A stretch of 64,000 bases of DNA from a virus. Location of the stretch: positions 1 to 64,000 of IMG/VR virus record IMGVR_UViG_3300044815_000165; one strand, given 5' to 3'. A model generated the notes under the pieces. It saw nothing but the letters and a program-made list of their open reading frames with translations. It was not told where the DNA came from and ran no database searches. A program made the translations under genes and the position numbers. Every line of letters begins with the position of its first letter. Within the stretch, counting starts at the first letter, position 1. Below are positions 19,658 through 29,019 of this stretch, one piece after another.

Positions 19658-20545
19658 GTGCTGGAGTTCGTCGAGATCCACACGACGTCGGCCATCACGA
19701 ATGGTTCCGGCATCGACGGCACGCTCACCTTCGGGCTGACGCTCGACGCGCTGGAGTTCGTCGAGAAGGGTGATCTCGCGTTCGCCTTCATCGCTGTCTA
19801 CGATCACGTCGCCGAGGCGAACACGCTGTCGCTCCCCGACGAGTGGGCGCTCGTCGGACCAAGCGTCACGCAGGGGCTCGCGCGCGTGTTCGTCGCGTTC
19901 AAATGGATCACGGACGACGAGCCGACGGGCTACGACTTCGAGTACACCGCGGCGCGCGGGGTGGTCTGCACCACCGCTGCCTACCGCGGCGCGCTTCGTG
20001 ACTTCGACTTCGACGTGGTGAACTACCCGTGGGGTTTCTTCGTCACCACGAGCCAGGGTCAGACCGTCAACGGCAGCAGCTCCACCCTCACGCAGGTCGC
20101 TGCCGGCCTGCCTTCGACCAGCGTGAGCAACACGACGATCCTCTCGCACTTCATGCAAGCCGATGCGGCGGCGACGCCCGAGCTGGATGATGTCGTGCCG
20201 TTCGAGGCGATGCGCTCCACGATCCGGATCGCGAAGGCTGCGGCGATGTTCGTCGAGGCGACGTATCCGAACGTCACCGCGAGCGTGGCGGCGATGACGG
20301 TGCGTAGCTCGCTCAGCGATCCATGGATCGTCACGTCGGTCGCGGTCGAGCCGAGCGATCCCAACAACACCAACTTGGACAGCTACAAGGCAAAGATCCT
20401 GCGCAGCATGATGCCGAGCCCACCTTACGACACCCGTCTCAAGGCGAACCTCGGTAAGCTGCTCACGGTGATCGGCAACAGCGACAATGACATCGGGGGT
20501 CGCTTCGGCGACGACGACTTCCTTCCTGACGAGGACCTGGAGTAA
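19658..20545 (+). CDS. Baseplate-associated protein: beta-sandwich accessory domain plus gpI-like N-terminal helices at its C-terminus
   Basis: GDLAFAFIA..LPDEWALV..EPTGYDF..AAYRGA domain; C-terminal ILRSMMPSPPYDTRLKANLGKLLTVIGNSDNDI. Confidence 0.6.
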   Translation: MLEFVEIHTTSAITNGSGIDGTLTFGLTLDALEFVEKGDLAFAFIAVYDHVAEANTLSLPDEWALVGPSVTQGLARVFVAFKWITDDEPTGYDFEYTAARGVVCTTAAYRGALRDFDFDVVNYPWGFFVTTSQGQTVNGSSSTLTQVAAGLPSTSVSNTTILSHFMQADAAATPELDDVVPFEAMRSTIRIAKAAAMFVEATYPNVTASVAAMTVRSSLSDPWIVTSVAVEPSDPNNTNLDSYKAKILRSMMPSPPYDTRLKANLGKLLTVIGNSDNDIGGRFGDDDFLPDEDLE

Positions 20546-20548
20546 ACG

Positions 20549-23500
20549 ATGACGCGCACGCTACCCACGTTCCTCGGCGCGAAGGCAGCGTCGGGCAGCG
20601 ACGAGCCGATCAGCATCACCGGCGTCGGCACGCCGGCCACGCTCACGCCGTCCGCGTTCAGCATCCGTGACATCCAGGACAACACCGCTCTCGGATTCGA
20701 CTTCGGCAGCGGTGGCGCATACGGGCGCACGCTCGGTGCGTTCGGCGGTGCCGTGTCTCCGGTCACCTTCAACTGGTCGACCTTCCCCGGCGTCACGACC
20801 GTCAAGGTCACGCTGATCGGTGCCGGCGGCTACGAGGACTCGTCGTCGGCCACGCGCGGGTCCGGCGGTGGTGGCGGTGGTGCCAGTTCGGTGAGCAATG
20901 CCGTGCCCGTCTCGCATCCCGAGTCGGTGCCTTGTTGGGCGGGCTTCTTGTTCGGCGACTCTTACGCGTACTTCCGTGACCTCGCCACGGCCAAGGCTGC
21001 CGGCGGATCGCCGAGTCCGGCAGCCGGAGTCACCGGGCTCGGAGGTGCGGGCGGACTCGCATCAGCCTCGGTCGGTGACGTGAAGTTCAACGGTGGCAAC
21101 GGAGGCGTCGGTCTGGTCATCGGATCCGGAGGGTTCGGCGGCGGCGGTGGTGGTTCGGCCGGCGGCGCAGGCGCAGGCGGCAATGCTTCCGGCACGACGG
21201 CGGGCGTTGCTGGTGTGCCGTACGGCGGACCAGGTGCTACGAACCCAGACGTCGGATCGTCGCTCGATCCATTTCCCGGCGGCGGTTCGTCCGGCGAGAC
21301 CGCTCCGGGATCCAACCATACCGACGGTGCCGGCAGCGGATACATCCGCGTCGAGGCGGTCGGGCAGTGGGATCCCTCGTTCGCATCGCGCACGCCACCT
21401 GCCGTCGGGCAGACGTTCCACCTCACGATGTACGTCGATCTGAGCGACCCGTCGAACACCGTCGAGGTGCGCGACAACCAGAGCTACGTCGCGGGTTCGT
21501 GGGTCGCGGATCCTGACGGCGTCGGTGTCCTCATCCTCGGTTACGTGCGAGGACTCGACGTCGAGGTCGCGATCGACTCGAGCGCCCTCATCACGGTGAC
21601 TGCCAGCGCCGCGCGTGTTCAGTGCACGTTCGTCGACACCGGCGGGTCCACCCTCAGCGAAGACTTCACGGGCGGCACGTTCGGCGTCGACGCACTCGAG
21701 GGAGACCTCGGGGTCGTCGTGGTCGACGTCGTCCACCCGGGCAGTCCGCCGACCGCCATCACCGTGTCGACAGCCTACAACCAGTGGGAGGTCATCCGGC
21801 ATGACGCTGGTGTTGAGGTCCTCAACGTCGGCGACTACTACCGCCAGATGTACGCGGCGCCCGCCTACTACAACGGATCGGAATGGGCCTTCCGCTTCGA
21901 CGCCGACAACACGCCGGACGAGTTCAAGGCGCAGCTCCTCATGTTCCGCGGGTGCGCACCGCTGCAGTTCGTGGCGAATCCGGCGCTCGATGACGGACGC
22001 TGGTACTCGAACACCACGACGGAGACGCAGGCCGTCGCCGTCTCCGGTGATTACACGAGCACCGTGACCATCGACGCACTCTCCGGCAGCGACGTCGTCC
22101 TGATCTCTCCCGAGGTCACCGACATGGTGGTTGCTGTCGTCGGGCAGGCGGCGCCGTCGAACGTCGTCGAGGATCCTGCTGTGCCGTCCTCGCCATACAT
22201 CGGCATCACGATGCGATCGGATGACACGACCGATCAGTGGCAGGTTCGGTCGTACACCGCGCCGGCGCCGACCGTCGCGCTCGGCGGAATCCCGACCGGC
22301 AACTTCGACATCGAGTTGAACAACGCCGACAACAACGGGCAGTGGGACACGATGTGCACCGCGCTCGTCCTGCGCGGCAAGATCGTTGACACGCGCGTGC
22401 CCTACGTCGTGCAGGCGTGCTCGGGTACAGGCTTCGAGCCCGACGACGACGGCATCGACTTCGACATCAACGTGAGCAACGCGCGCGTCGGTGACATCGT
22501 GTTGCTCGCCTTCGACTTCGTGTCCGAGACAGCGGGGACGTTCACGCCGACGCTTCCCGGCGCGGACGGCACGCTCGTGCTCGTGAGCACTGCGCGCTCT
22601 GCACGGCACGCGCGTTACATGTACCGCTTCACGGCCCTGCGTCAGGCGTGGAGTGTGGACGTCTCCGCAGCTGGTTGGGGTGCCGACGCGCGTTGCACAT
22701 ACAGCTGGATCACGGTCGCCGACGCCGATCGCACGGACCCGATCGTCTCGTCTGCATTCGACACCGATGCACAGCATGGCGTCGACCTCGAGTCCGACGG
22801 CGTGTTCGTGCCGGACATCTCGGGATCGGCATCGGCCGCGACCGACCTGATGGTCGCCTTCGCGTGCTACTCGTCGCAGCCGGCGGAGAACCTGGACGAT
22901 CCTCTGCCGAGCAACTCACGCCCTGTTCGCTCGCAGACGTACCCGGACCTCGAGCCGTGGAACGGCGACTACGACAACCTCGGCGACTCGGACGGAAGCA
23001 TCCGCACGATCCCGTACGACGGGCCGGTGCCTGCTGCCGGGTCGCTCGCCGCCGGCGCGTTCGTTTGGCAGCATCCGGGTCCGCCGTTCGTCGCCAACGA
23101 CGACACGTCCGACGTCGCGTTGACCATGTCGACCGTCGTGCTGCGTTCAATGGGTAGCGGCGGTGGAGGCGGCGGAGGCACGCCGCCCACCATCTCCACG
23201 CCGTCGCCGTCGACGACGTCTCCGCTCACGCGGTATCAGCCCGTCACGCTCGGCGTGCGGGACGACGTCGGACTCGCGCTCGTCGTCGTGTACGCGAGCT
23301 ACGCGGGGCAGCCGAACATCTGGGAGATCGTCCACGACAACTACAGCTGGGGTCCGAGCTTCGTCGGCAGCACGAACCAGAAGATGACCGTCGACGGAGG
23401 ATTCGACTTCATCCTCCTGCGTGACGGTGGGTGGCCCGGCGTGCCGCGCATCCGCGTCGTCGCCGTGAACACGTCTGGCCTGGTAGCTTCCTACCCATGA
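20549..23500 (+). CDS. Tail fibre / receptor-binding protein with glycine-rich domain
   Basis: PGVTTVKVTLIGAGG..GGGGGG..GSGYIRVE glycine-rich domain, two beta-sandwich repeats, C-terminal Ig-like domain after a Gly linker. Confidence 0.7.
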   Translation: MTRTLPTFLGAKAASGSDEPISITGVGTPATLTPSAFSIRDIQDNTALGFDFGSGGAYGRTLGAFGGAVSPVTFNWSTFPGVTTVKVTLIGAGGYEDSSSATRGSGGGGGGASSVSNAVPVSHPESVPCWAGFLFGDSYAYFRDLATAKAAGGSPSPAAGVTGLGGAGGLASASVGDVKFNGGNGGVGLVIGSGGFGGGGGGSAGGAGAGGNASGTTAGVAGVPYGGPGATNPDVGSSLDPFPGGGSSGETAPGSNHTDGAGSGYIRVEAVGQWDPSFASRTPPAVGQTFHLTMYVDLSDPSNTVEVRDNQSYVAGSWVADPDGVGVLILGYVRGLDVEVAIDSSALITVTASAARVQCTFVDTGGSTLSEDFTGGTFGVDALEGDLGVVVVDVVHPGSPPTAITVSTAYNQWEVIRHDAGVEVLNVGDYYRQMYAAPAYYNGSEWAFRFDADNTPDEFKAQLLMFRGCAPLQFVANPALDDGRWYSNTTTETQAVAVSGDYTSTVTIDALSGSDVVLISPEVTDMVVAVVGQAAPSNVVEDPAVPSSPYIGITMRSDDTTDQWQVRSYTAPAPTVALGGIPTGNFDIELNNADNNGQWDTMCTALVLRGKIVDTRVPYVVQACSGTGFEPDDDGIDFDINVSNARVGDIVLLAFDFVSETAGTFTPTLPGADGTLVLVSTARSARHARYMYRFTALRQAWSVDVSAAGWGADARCTYSWITVADADRTDPIVSSAFDTDAQHGVDLESDGVFVPDISGSASAATDLMVAFACYSSQPAENLDDPLPSNSRPVRSQTYPDLEPWNGDYDNLGDSDGSIRTIPYDGPVPAAGSLAAGAFVWQHPGPPFVANDDTSDVALTMSTVVLRSMGSGGGGGGGTPPTISTPSPSTTSPLTRYQPVTLGVRDDVGLALVVVYASYAGQPNIWEIVHDNYSWGPSFVGSTNQKMTVDGGFDFILLRDGGWPGVPRIRVVAVNTSGLVASYP

Positions 23501-24579
23501 CGACGCCCGTCTTCACCTGGCCGTGGATCGGTCCCGTCCACCCGGCGTTCGGCGTGACCATCGAGAAGGACCACAGCGCGATCCAACGCGCGCGGTTCTC
23601 GATGCTCGTGTCGACGGCGGAGGCGGAGTTCCTGTCGATCCTCGGGCAGAACGTCGGCGTGCCACGTCCGCCGGTGGACGGCAGCGACGACGAGCTGATG
23701 CGCCGCCTGCTGCAGGTGTTGTCGTGGCAGCCGAAGACGATCCTGTTCACGCTGTACGCGCTCATGACCGCGGTGTTCGGGTCGCAGGAGTCGTACGCCG
23801 TCGACGATCGCCGTCCGTGGCGGATCTACGAGTTCACGAACGAGATCGTGATCGAGTTGCCGTTTGCGCTCATCGGCACGAGCAACGAGAACGCGAGCTT
23901 CCTCCATGGCTTCAGCGGGTACGGGTTCGTCACGGGCGGGCCGTCGAACACGTTCACTGCGAAGGGCAACGCTCCCGAGGCAAGCGCGACCACGCTCGTC
24001 GGCAAGAACCTTCGCTTCAACACGGCACCGAACACGTGGACCGACTACACGATCGCCACCGTGTCGTACAACGCGGGCACCGACGTCACCACGTTCACGG
24101 CGAGCGCGGCGACGCTTCCCGATGGTGGCGGGTACTTCTACATCGAGATCCCCGGCGACAACGCCTCGAGCTACCGCGGCGACTACCTCGCCTCGAGCGG
24201 GTTCGTGACGTCGTACTCGACCGCCGCCGGCCCTCCGACCAGCTCGCTGAAGCTGCTCGGCGACGTCACGCAGCATCTCACCGCGCTCGACACCGTCACG
24301 TTGAACAACGGCACGGCGATCATCACCACCACCGTGGCGACGCTCAGCGCGTACGATCCGTCGACGAACACCACGCCGCTCACGATCGCCGTGACCGTTC
24401 CCGGCGGGCTCGCTGGCGAGACCATCGCGCGCGAGATCGACGTGAGCGACACGTCCACCACGCCAGATCACGACGATCGCGTGTACCTGACCGGACAGGG
24501 TCTCTACGAGGTGGTCTCGTTCTACTTGGACCTCCTCGTCCGCGCAGCTGGTATCGTCGTCCGTCTCGAACTGATCTGA
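23497..24579 (+). CDS. Baseplate wedge gpI-like protein (N-terminally atypical)
   Basis: STAEAEFLSILGQNVGVPRP..SDDELMRR and C-terminal LVRAAGIVVRLE; ATG overlaps previous stop. Confidence 0.78.
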   Translation: MTTPVFTWPWIGPVHPAFGVTIEKDHSAIQRARFSMLVSTAEAEFLSILGQNVGVPRPPVDGSDDELMRRLLQVLSWQPKTILFTLYALMTAVFGSQESYAVDDRRPWRIYEFTNEIVIELPFALIGTSNENASFLHGFSGYGFVTGGPSNTFTAKGNAPEASATTLVGKNLRFNTAPNTWTDYTIATVSYNAGTDVTTFTASAATLPDGGGYFYIEIPGDNASSYRGDYLASSGFVTSYSTAAGPPTSSLKLLGDVTQHLTALDTVTLNNGTAIITTTVATLSAYDPSTNTTPLTIAVTVPGGLAGETIAREIDVSDTSTTPDHDDRVYLTGQGLYEVVSFYLDLLVRAAGIVVRLELI

Positions 24580-24589
24580 AGGAGCTGTC

Positions 24590-27500
24590 ATGGCCGGTAC
24601 CCTCAACAACGCGAAGCGCCCGCGCTACCAATCGAACGAGCGGTTCGACACCGTCGACGCCGACGGGGCGAGCCGCGCGCCGCGCGAGAACAACACCGCG
24701 GCGAATCGATCGCTGCTCAGCACGCCGCGCGCGACCGCCGCTGCTCCGGTGGGTCTCATCGTCAGCGGATTCTCGCTGACGCTCAACCCGGTCGGGCCAA
24801 CCGATAACAAGGTCCGCATCAACACGGAGGCCGGCGTCGCGCTCGACGCGGACGGCGGGCTCATCATCAAGCCTGCCGGCACCACCTTCGACGTGACCAT
24901 CCCCGTCGGCACGTACCAGGTCTACGTCTACTTTCAGGAGGTGTCCGGCGACAACGCGAAGCGTCGCTTCCTCCCGCCCAACACGCCGTTCACCGAGTTC
25001 ACGCGCGCGATCGACACGACCTTCCAGGGCTCGTTCAACGTCTACATCAGGGCGGGCAACGCGACGACGATCGTCGCCGAGGACAACGTCAACGGACGCA
25101 CGACGCCGCTCGTGTGCATCGGCGTCGTGACGAACACCGCCGGCGGATGCACGATGGCGGGACGCCCCGACAACGCCGCCGTCGCCACCATCCCGAACGG
25201 CACCGACATCACGAACCGCCTCAGCGCGGCGATCGCGCCGAGCACGCCGCCGACGACGCCGTACTTCAACGGTTCGATCCGCACGCTGCACGAGATGGTG
25301 CAGAACCTCGCGTACCAGATCGGCGAGGCCGCGTGGAAGGGCAGCACCAACCTGATCGCGTACACCGGATCCTCGTCCGGCGTCGGCGCCGGGACGTTGA
25401 CCGACGCGTCCAAGACGTTCGTCGTGAACGAGCTGACCGGCGGCGTCTTGAAGGACTCCACGGGCGCGCTGTTCCCCATCAGCAGCAACACCGCGACCAT
25501 CATCAGCGTCACGGGGAACCCGACGGCTGGCACGTACGTGGTCTACGCCGCCGTGGTGCTCAACAACTACGGCGCGTACAACGTGCCCGCCGGCGGCGTC
25601 GACGCGGCGTTTCGCGGTCTGCCCGGGTACGTGACGATCGGCAACGGCACGACCATCTTCGGCGACTTCGACACCACGAGCTACGCGAACGCGAACCTCC
25701 TGCTCACCGCTGCGATCGCGGCGCTGCCCGCCGCGGGCGGAACGATCATCCTCAAGCGCGGCGTCCAGCTCGCAGGATTCAACGCCGCGTTGGTCGCCGT
25801 CGGGCACGCGCGCGTCGAGATCGTCGGCGACTACTACGAGCACGAGGACTACCCGCAGCTCACCTTCGTCGCCAGCGAGGCGCTCCACGTCACCTCGGGT
25901 CAGCTCTGCCTGCGTCGGATCCACGTCGAGTTCGTCGGCAACGCCATCACCATCGACAGCGGCGCCAAGCTCGAGATCCGCGAGTGCAAGTTCGAGTGCA
26001 CGGGCGCCACGTTCGTCGGGGCTGCGATCGAGGGCGTCGACGTCAGCTACGTCGACATCGACGGGATGCTCCTGACCACCAACCTCGGGTCGCATTCCGC
26101 CAACGGGATGGCGCTCCGCATCACCGGCGTCGCGCGCAACATCCGCACGAACCGCGTGACGCACGAGTATCTGGGTGACGAGGCAGGTGTCATCGACATC
26201 GCGGACGGGCGCTCCGACATCGTCTTGCTCGAGACGACCGCTCTCGAGTTGGGAACGCCGTTCTCGTCTCTCGTGCGCCCGGCTGCCGTCAAGGTCAGCA
26301 CGACCGACAACACGACTGCTACCGAGATCCGCAACCGCCACATCTCTGGGATCTACGTGACCGGCACGGCGATGGACGGCCTCAACTACGGCGACATGGG
26401 GCATCTCGACGTCGAGCGCATCATCACGACATCGGCGCGTCGCGGTGTGCTGACCACGACGGCTGCGCTCGGTCCCGTCGTCTTCAGGAACTGCGAGTTC
26501 GGCGCGCTCGTGGTCATTCACGGAGACATCGACGACCTCACGTTCCAGTCGTGCACGTTCAAGAAGGGTCACACGATCGGCATCGACGGAGACGACATCG
26601 GTTCGCTGCGCTTCCTCGATTGCACGTACGACGGCGTCGCGCCGAACACGAGCGACGTCAAGGCGCACACGATCCGCATGCTGCGCGTGAACCGTTGCCA
26701 GATCCGCGACGTCTCGCTGGCCACGTCGAACGACTTCGCCGTGATCCGCGTGATGGGTGACACCAACGCCAACTTCGACGTCCTCGACTTCTCCGACAAC
26801 GACATCCGCAACATCCAGTCGACCATCGCCTTCACGGGCGACCTGCTCACGCGTCCTCGCATCTTCGAGGTCGACGCGTACATCACCCACGACGTCATCT
26901 GCGAGCGCAACAAGGGTGCGCGGTGGATGGCAAACACGTCGGGCAACTCGCGCTACGGCGTGACGCTCCTCAACATCGACAGCGTCGACCGCTTCACCGA
27001 CTCAGTCGGCTTCGTCGAGCGCATCGTCGTGAAGGACAACGTCATCGGCGGACTCTTCGGATCCTCCATCGACTGCTGTCAGCTCCTCGAGCTGAATCGT
27101 CAGAACCCGGACGTCATCGACGTCTCCGACAACCACATCGCTCCGCGGTGGAACGACAACGCGAACAACCCGCGGTTCTTCAACCTGGTCCACATCTCCA
27201 GCCCGGCCACCGTCGTCTCGCAGATCAGCATCAATAACAACAAGGTCATGTTGCTCAACGCGTCGATCTCGCCGTTCACGAAGAACTTCGTCTCGATCGG
27301 CATCGCCGGCAGCCTCTACAGCATGACGTTCGCCGGCAACGAGGTCTCGCAGGTGGGCACCACGCAGCCTTTCGACTTTGCTACCGCGTGGGGTTTCGTG
27401 TGCTCCGCGCTTGGCGTCAACGGCATCGTGAACCTCACCGTCAAGGACAACACGGCAAGCTGGCAGAGCACCTCGGCGACCGCGTGGTTCGAGACCAAGT

Positions 27501-27592
27501 TCACAGGTGCTGTCACGCGCTCTAATCCATCTGGAGGTGTTCCTGGTGCTGGCGTCGCGTGGGGACAGAACATCCAGATCTTCGGTGGGTGA
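24590..27592 (+). CDS. Tail spike/fibre with right-handed beta-helix (depolymerase-like)
   Basis: N-terminal baseplate anchor RYQSNERFDTVD..IVSGF; AAIAALPAAGGTIILKRG beta-helix cap then I/V-x-x-N ladders. Confidence 0.8.
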   Translation: MAGTLNNAKRPRYQSNERFDTVDADGASRAPRENNTAANRSLLSTPRATAAAPVGLIVSGFSLTLNPVGPTDNKVRINTEAGVALDADGGLIIKPAGTTFDVTIPVGTYQVYVYFQEVSGDNAKRRFLPPNTPFTEFTRAIDTTFQGSFNVYIRAGNATTIVAEDNVNGRTTPLVCIGVVTNTAGGCTMAGRPDNAAVATIPNGTDITNRLSAAIAPSTPPTTPYFNGSIRTLHEMVQNLAYQIGEAAWKGSTNLIAYTGSSSGVGAGTLTDASKTFVVNELTGGVLKDSTGALFPISSNTATIISVTGNPTAGTYVVYAAVVLNNYGAYNVPAGGVDAAFRGLPGYVTIGNGTTIFGDFDTTSYANANLLLTAAIAALPAAGGTIILKRGVQLAGFNAALVAVGHARVEIVGDYYEHEDYPQLTFVASEALHVTSGQLCLRRIHVEFVGNAITIDSGAKLEIRECKFECTGATFVGAAIEGVDVSYVDIDGMLLTTNLGSHSANGMALRITGVARNIRTNRVTHEYLGDEAGVIDIADGRSDIVLLETTALELGTPFSSLVRPAAVKVSTTDNTTATEIRNRHISGIYVTGTAMDGLNYGDMGHLDVERIITTSARRGVLTTTAALGPVVFRNCEFGALVVIHGDIDDLTFQSCTFKKGHTIGIDGDDIGSLRFLDCTYDGVAPNTSDVKAHTIRMLRVNRCQIRDVSLATSNDFAVIRVMGDTNANFDVLDFSDNDIRNIQSTIAFTGDLLTRPRIFEVDAYITHDVICERNKGARWMANTSGNSRYGVTLLNIDSVDRFTDSVGFVERIVVKDNVIGGLFGSSIDCCQLLELNRQNPDVIDVSDNHIAPRWNDNANNPRFFNLVHISSPATVVSQISINNNKVMLLNASISPFTKNFVSIGIAGSLYSMTFAGNEVSQVGTTQPFDFATAWGFVCSALGVNGIVNLTVKDNTASWQSTSATAWFETKFTGAVTRSNPSGGVPGAGVAWGQNIQIFGG

Positions 27593-27607
27593 TGTAATAT
27601 CCCTCTC

Positions 27608-27889
27608 ATGCTGCAAGGAGAACCGAACACCATGGAGGGGCCGGCAACCACATCGTGGGTGCGGCTCTATGTCACAAACCGACGCGGGGACAAATCGTTC
27701 GCTCGTCAGGTCGTCTTCACCTGTACAGACGCTGCCAACGACCTGTGGGTGAGCTTCGACGGTGGAACGACCAAGATGATCGTTCGGCACCTGGGTGAGA
27801 GCCTGGTGCTGCCGGGGCCGGTGAAAAGCTTCTCGGTGCGCGCCAGCGCCGCCACGGCTGCGTGGTCGGCAGCCCTCACGGTGGCCTGA
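27608..27889 (+). CDS. Hypothetical small beta protein
   Basis: DLWVSFDGGTT motif; TAATAT-7nt-ATG leaderless-type start. Confidence 0.55.
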   Translation: MLQGEPNTMEGPATTSWVRLYVTNRRGDKSFARQVVFTCTDAANDLWVSFDGGTTKMIVRHLGESLVLPGPVKSFSVRASAATAAWSAALTVA

Positions 27890-27959
27890 TCGAGGCTGGT
27901 GGAAAAGTCCACCCCACGGGAAGCCTTGCACTTATCTTGCACCCGAGGATGATCAAGTT

Positions 27960-28199
27960 ATGGAAGAAGAGATCAAGAAGCTCCGCGACCAGCTCGCAGC
28001 GTCCGAGAGACGTGAGGTGGAGCTGATGCGCGAGGCGCAGGGTCTCCGCGCTGCCATCGGTGTGTGCCGCTCGAACTGCACAGACTTCGGGACGCGCCGT
28101 AACGCGCTGACGGCCATCCGTTCACGCTCAGATGTGGCGCGCGATCCACTCGATCAGAGCGATGACGCCAGCACCGCCTGCACCGCCACCAGCGACTAA
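27960..28199 (+). CDS. Hypothetical coiled-coil protein
   Basis: MEEEIKKLRDQLAASERRE; 3' end overlaps the convergent minus-strand gene. Confidence 0.4.
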   Translation: MEEEIKKLRDQLAASERREVELMREAQGLRAAIGVCRSNCTDFGTRRNALTAIRSRSDVARDPLDQSDDASTACTATSD

Positions 28200-28883
28200 C
28201 GCCGTCGCGCGCGTCTGCTTCTGACGCTCGGACGCCTCGAACGGCTTCAGGCGCTCCTCGAGTTCCTTCACGGCCTTGTCACGCGCCGCGTTCGACGCAG
28301 CCAGCGAGTTCGTAAGCTCCGAGACCTTGCTCGTCAGCTCGTCGATCTCTTCCTCGTGACGGCGGTCGCGATCGTCGCGGTGCTCGCCGTCCTTGCGGAA
28401 CGCCACCGCCGTCGTCGCTGTCTCGCGATCGATCGTGGCGACCATCTGCGCGAGGTGCGCGAGGTGCTTGTCGAGGTCGGCGAACCGCCGGTCGTGGTTC
28501 GTGATGTCCTTCGAGTTCGACTGGCTCGACTCGAACGCGGCGTGTGCCGTGCCGGTGATCGACTTCGCGTTCGGGAGGAGGAACGTCTCCACGATCGCCG
28601 CCGTGCGCGCGCTCTCGCGCGAGAGCGCGTTGACGATGTCTTCGACATGGTCGAGACGGTCGGGCTCGTGGCGCAGCGCCCACACGCGCTCGCGGATGTC
28701 CTTGATGACGGTGACGACCGGCTGCGGCAGGTCGAGCGGCAGCTCGAGGGCCGGGATCGGCGTCTCGTCTCCGTCGACGTGCTGCGGGATGACATCGCGA
28801 TCACGCTCGCGATCGCGCTTCGCGGCGGCGCCTTCGATGTCGCGCTCCGTCTGGGTCTGGTGACGTTTCTTAGGGCCGCTCAC
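28128..28883 (-). CDS. Coiled-coil protein with C-terminal membrane anchor (holin/XhlA-like architecture)
   Basis: Heptad-rich body, C-terminal ALVAGGGAGGAGVIALIEWIARHI; TAGAGT-6nt-GTG start. Confidence 0.7.
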   Translation of the reverse strand: MSGPKKRHQTQTERDIEGAAAKRDRERDRDVIPQHVDGDETPIPALELPLDLPQPVVTVIKDIRERVWALRHEPDRLDHVEDIVNALSRESARTAAIVETFLLPNAKSITGTAHAAFESSQSNSKDITNHDRRFADLDKHLAHLAQMVATIDRETATTAVAFRKDGEHRDDRDRRHEEEIDELTSKVSELTNSLAASNAARDKAVKELEERLKPFEASERQKQTRATALVAGGGAGGAGVIALIEWIARHI

Positions 28884-29019
28884 CCGGAGACTCTACAGCT
28901 AGTCCCTGACGTCAGGACAGATCGTAGATCCGACGGTGCTCGACGAGGTAGAGCGCGGGCGCACGGAAGCCATGGGGTCGGGGGCCGAGGTGATGTACGA
29001 TGCAGCTGGAGATCAACCC

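Noticed and set aside
27893-27927. Hairpin GGTGGA-AAAG-TCCACC as a terminator after the tail module
   Set aside because: The stem is real but has no U-tract; insufficient support to call
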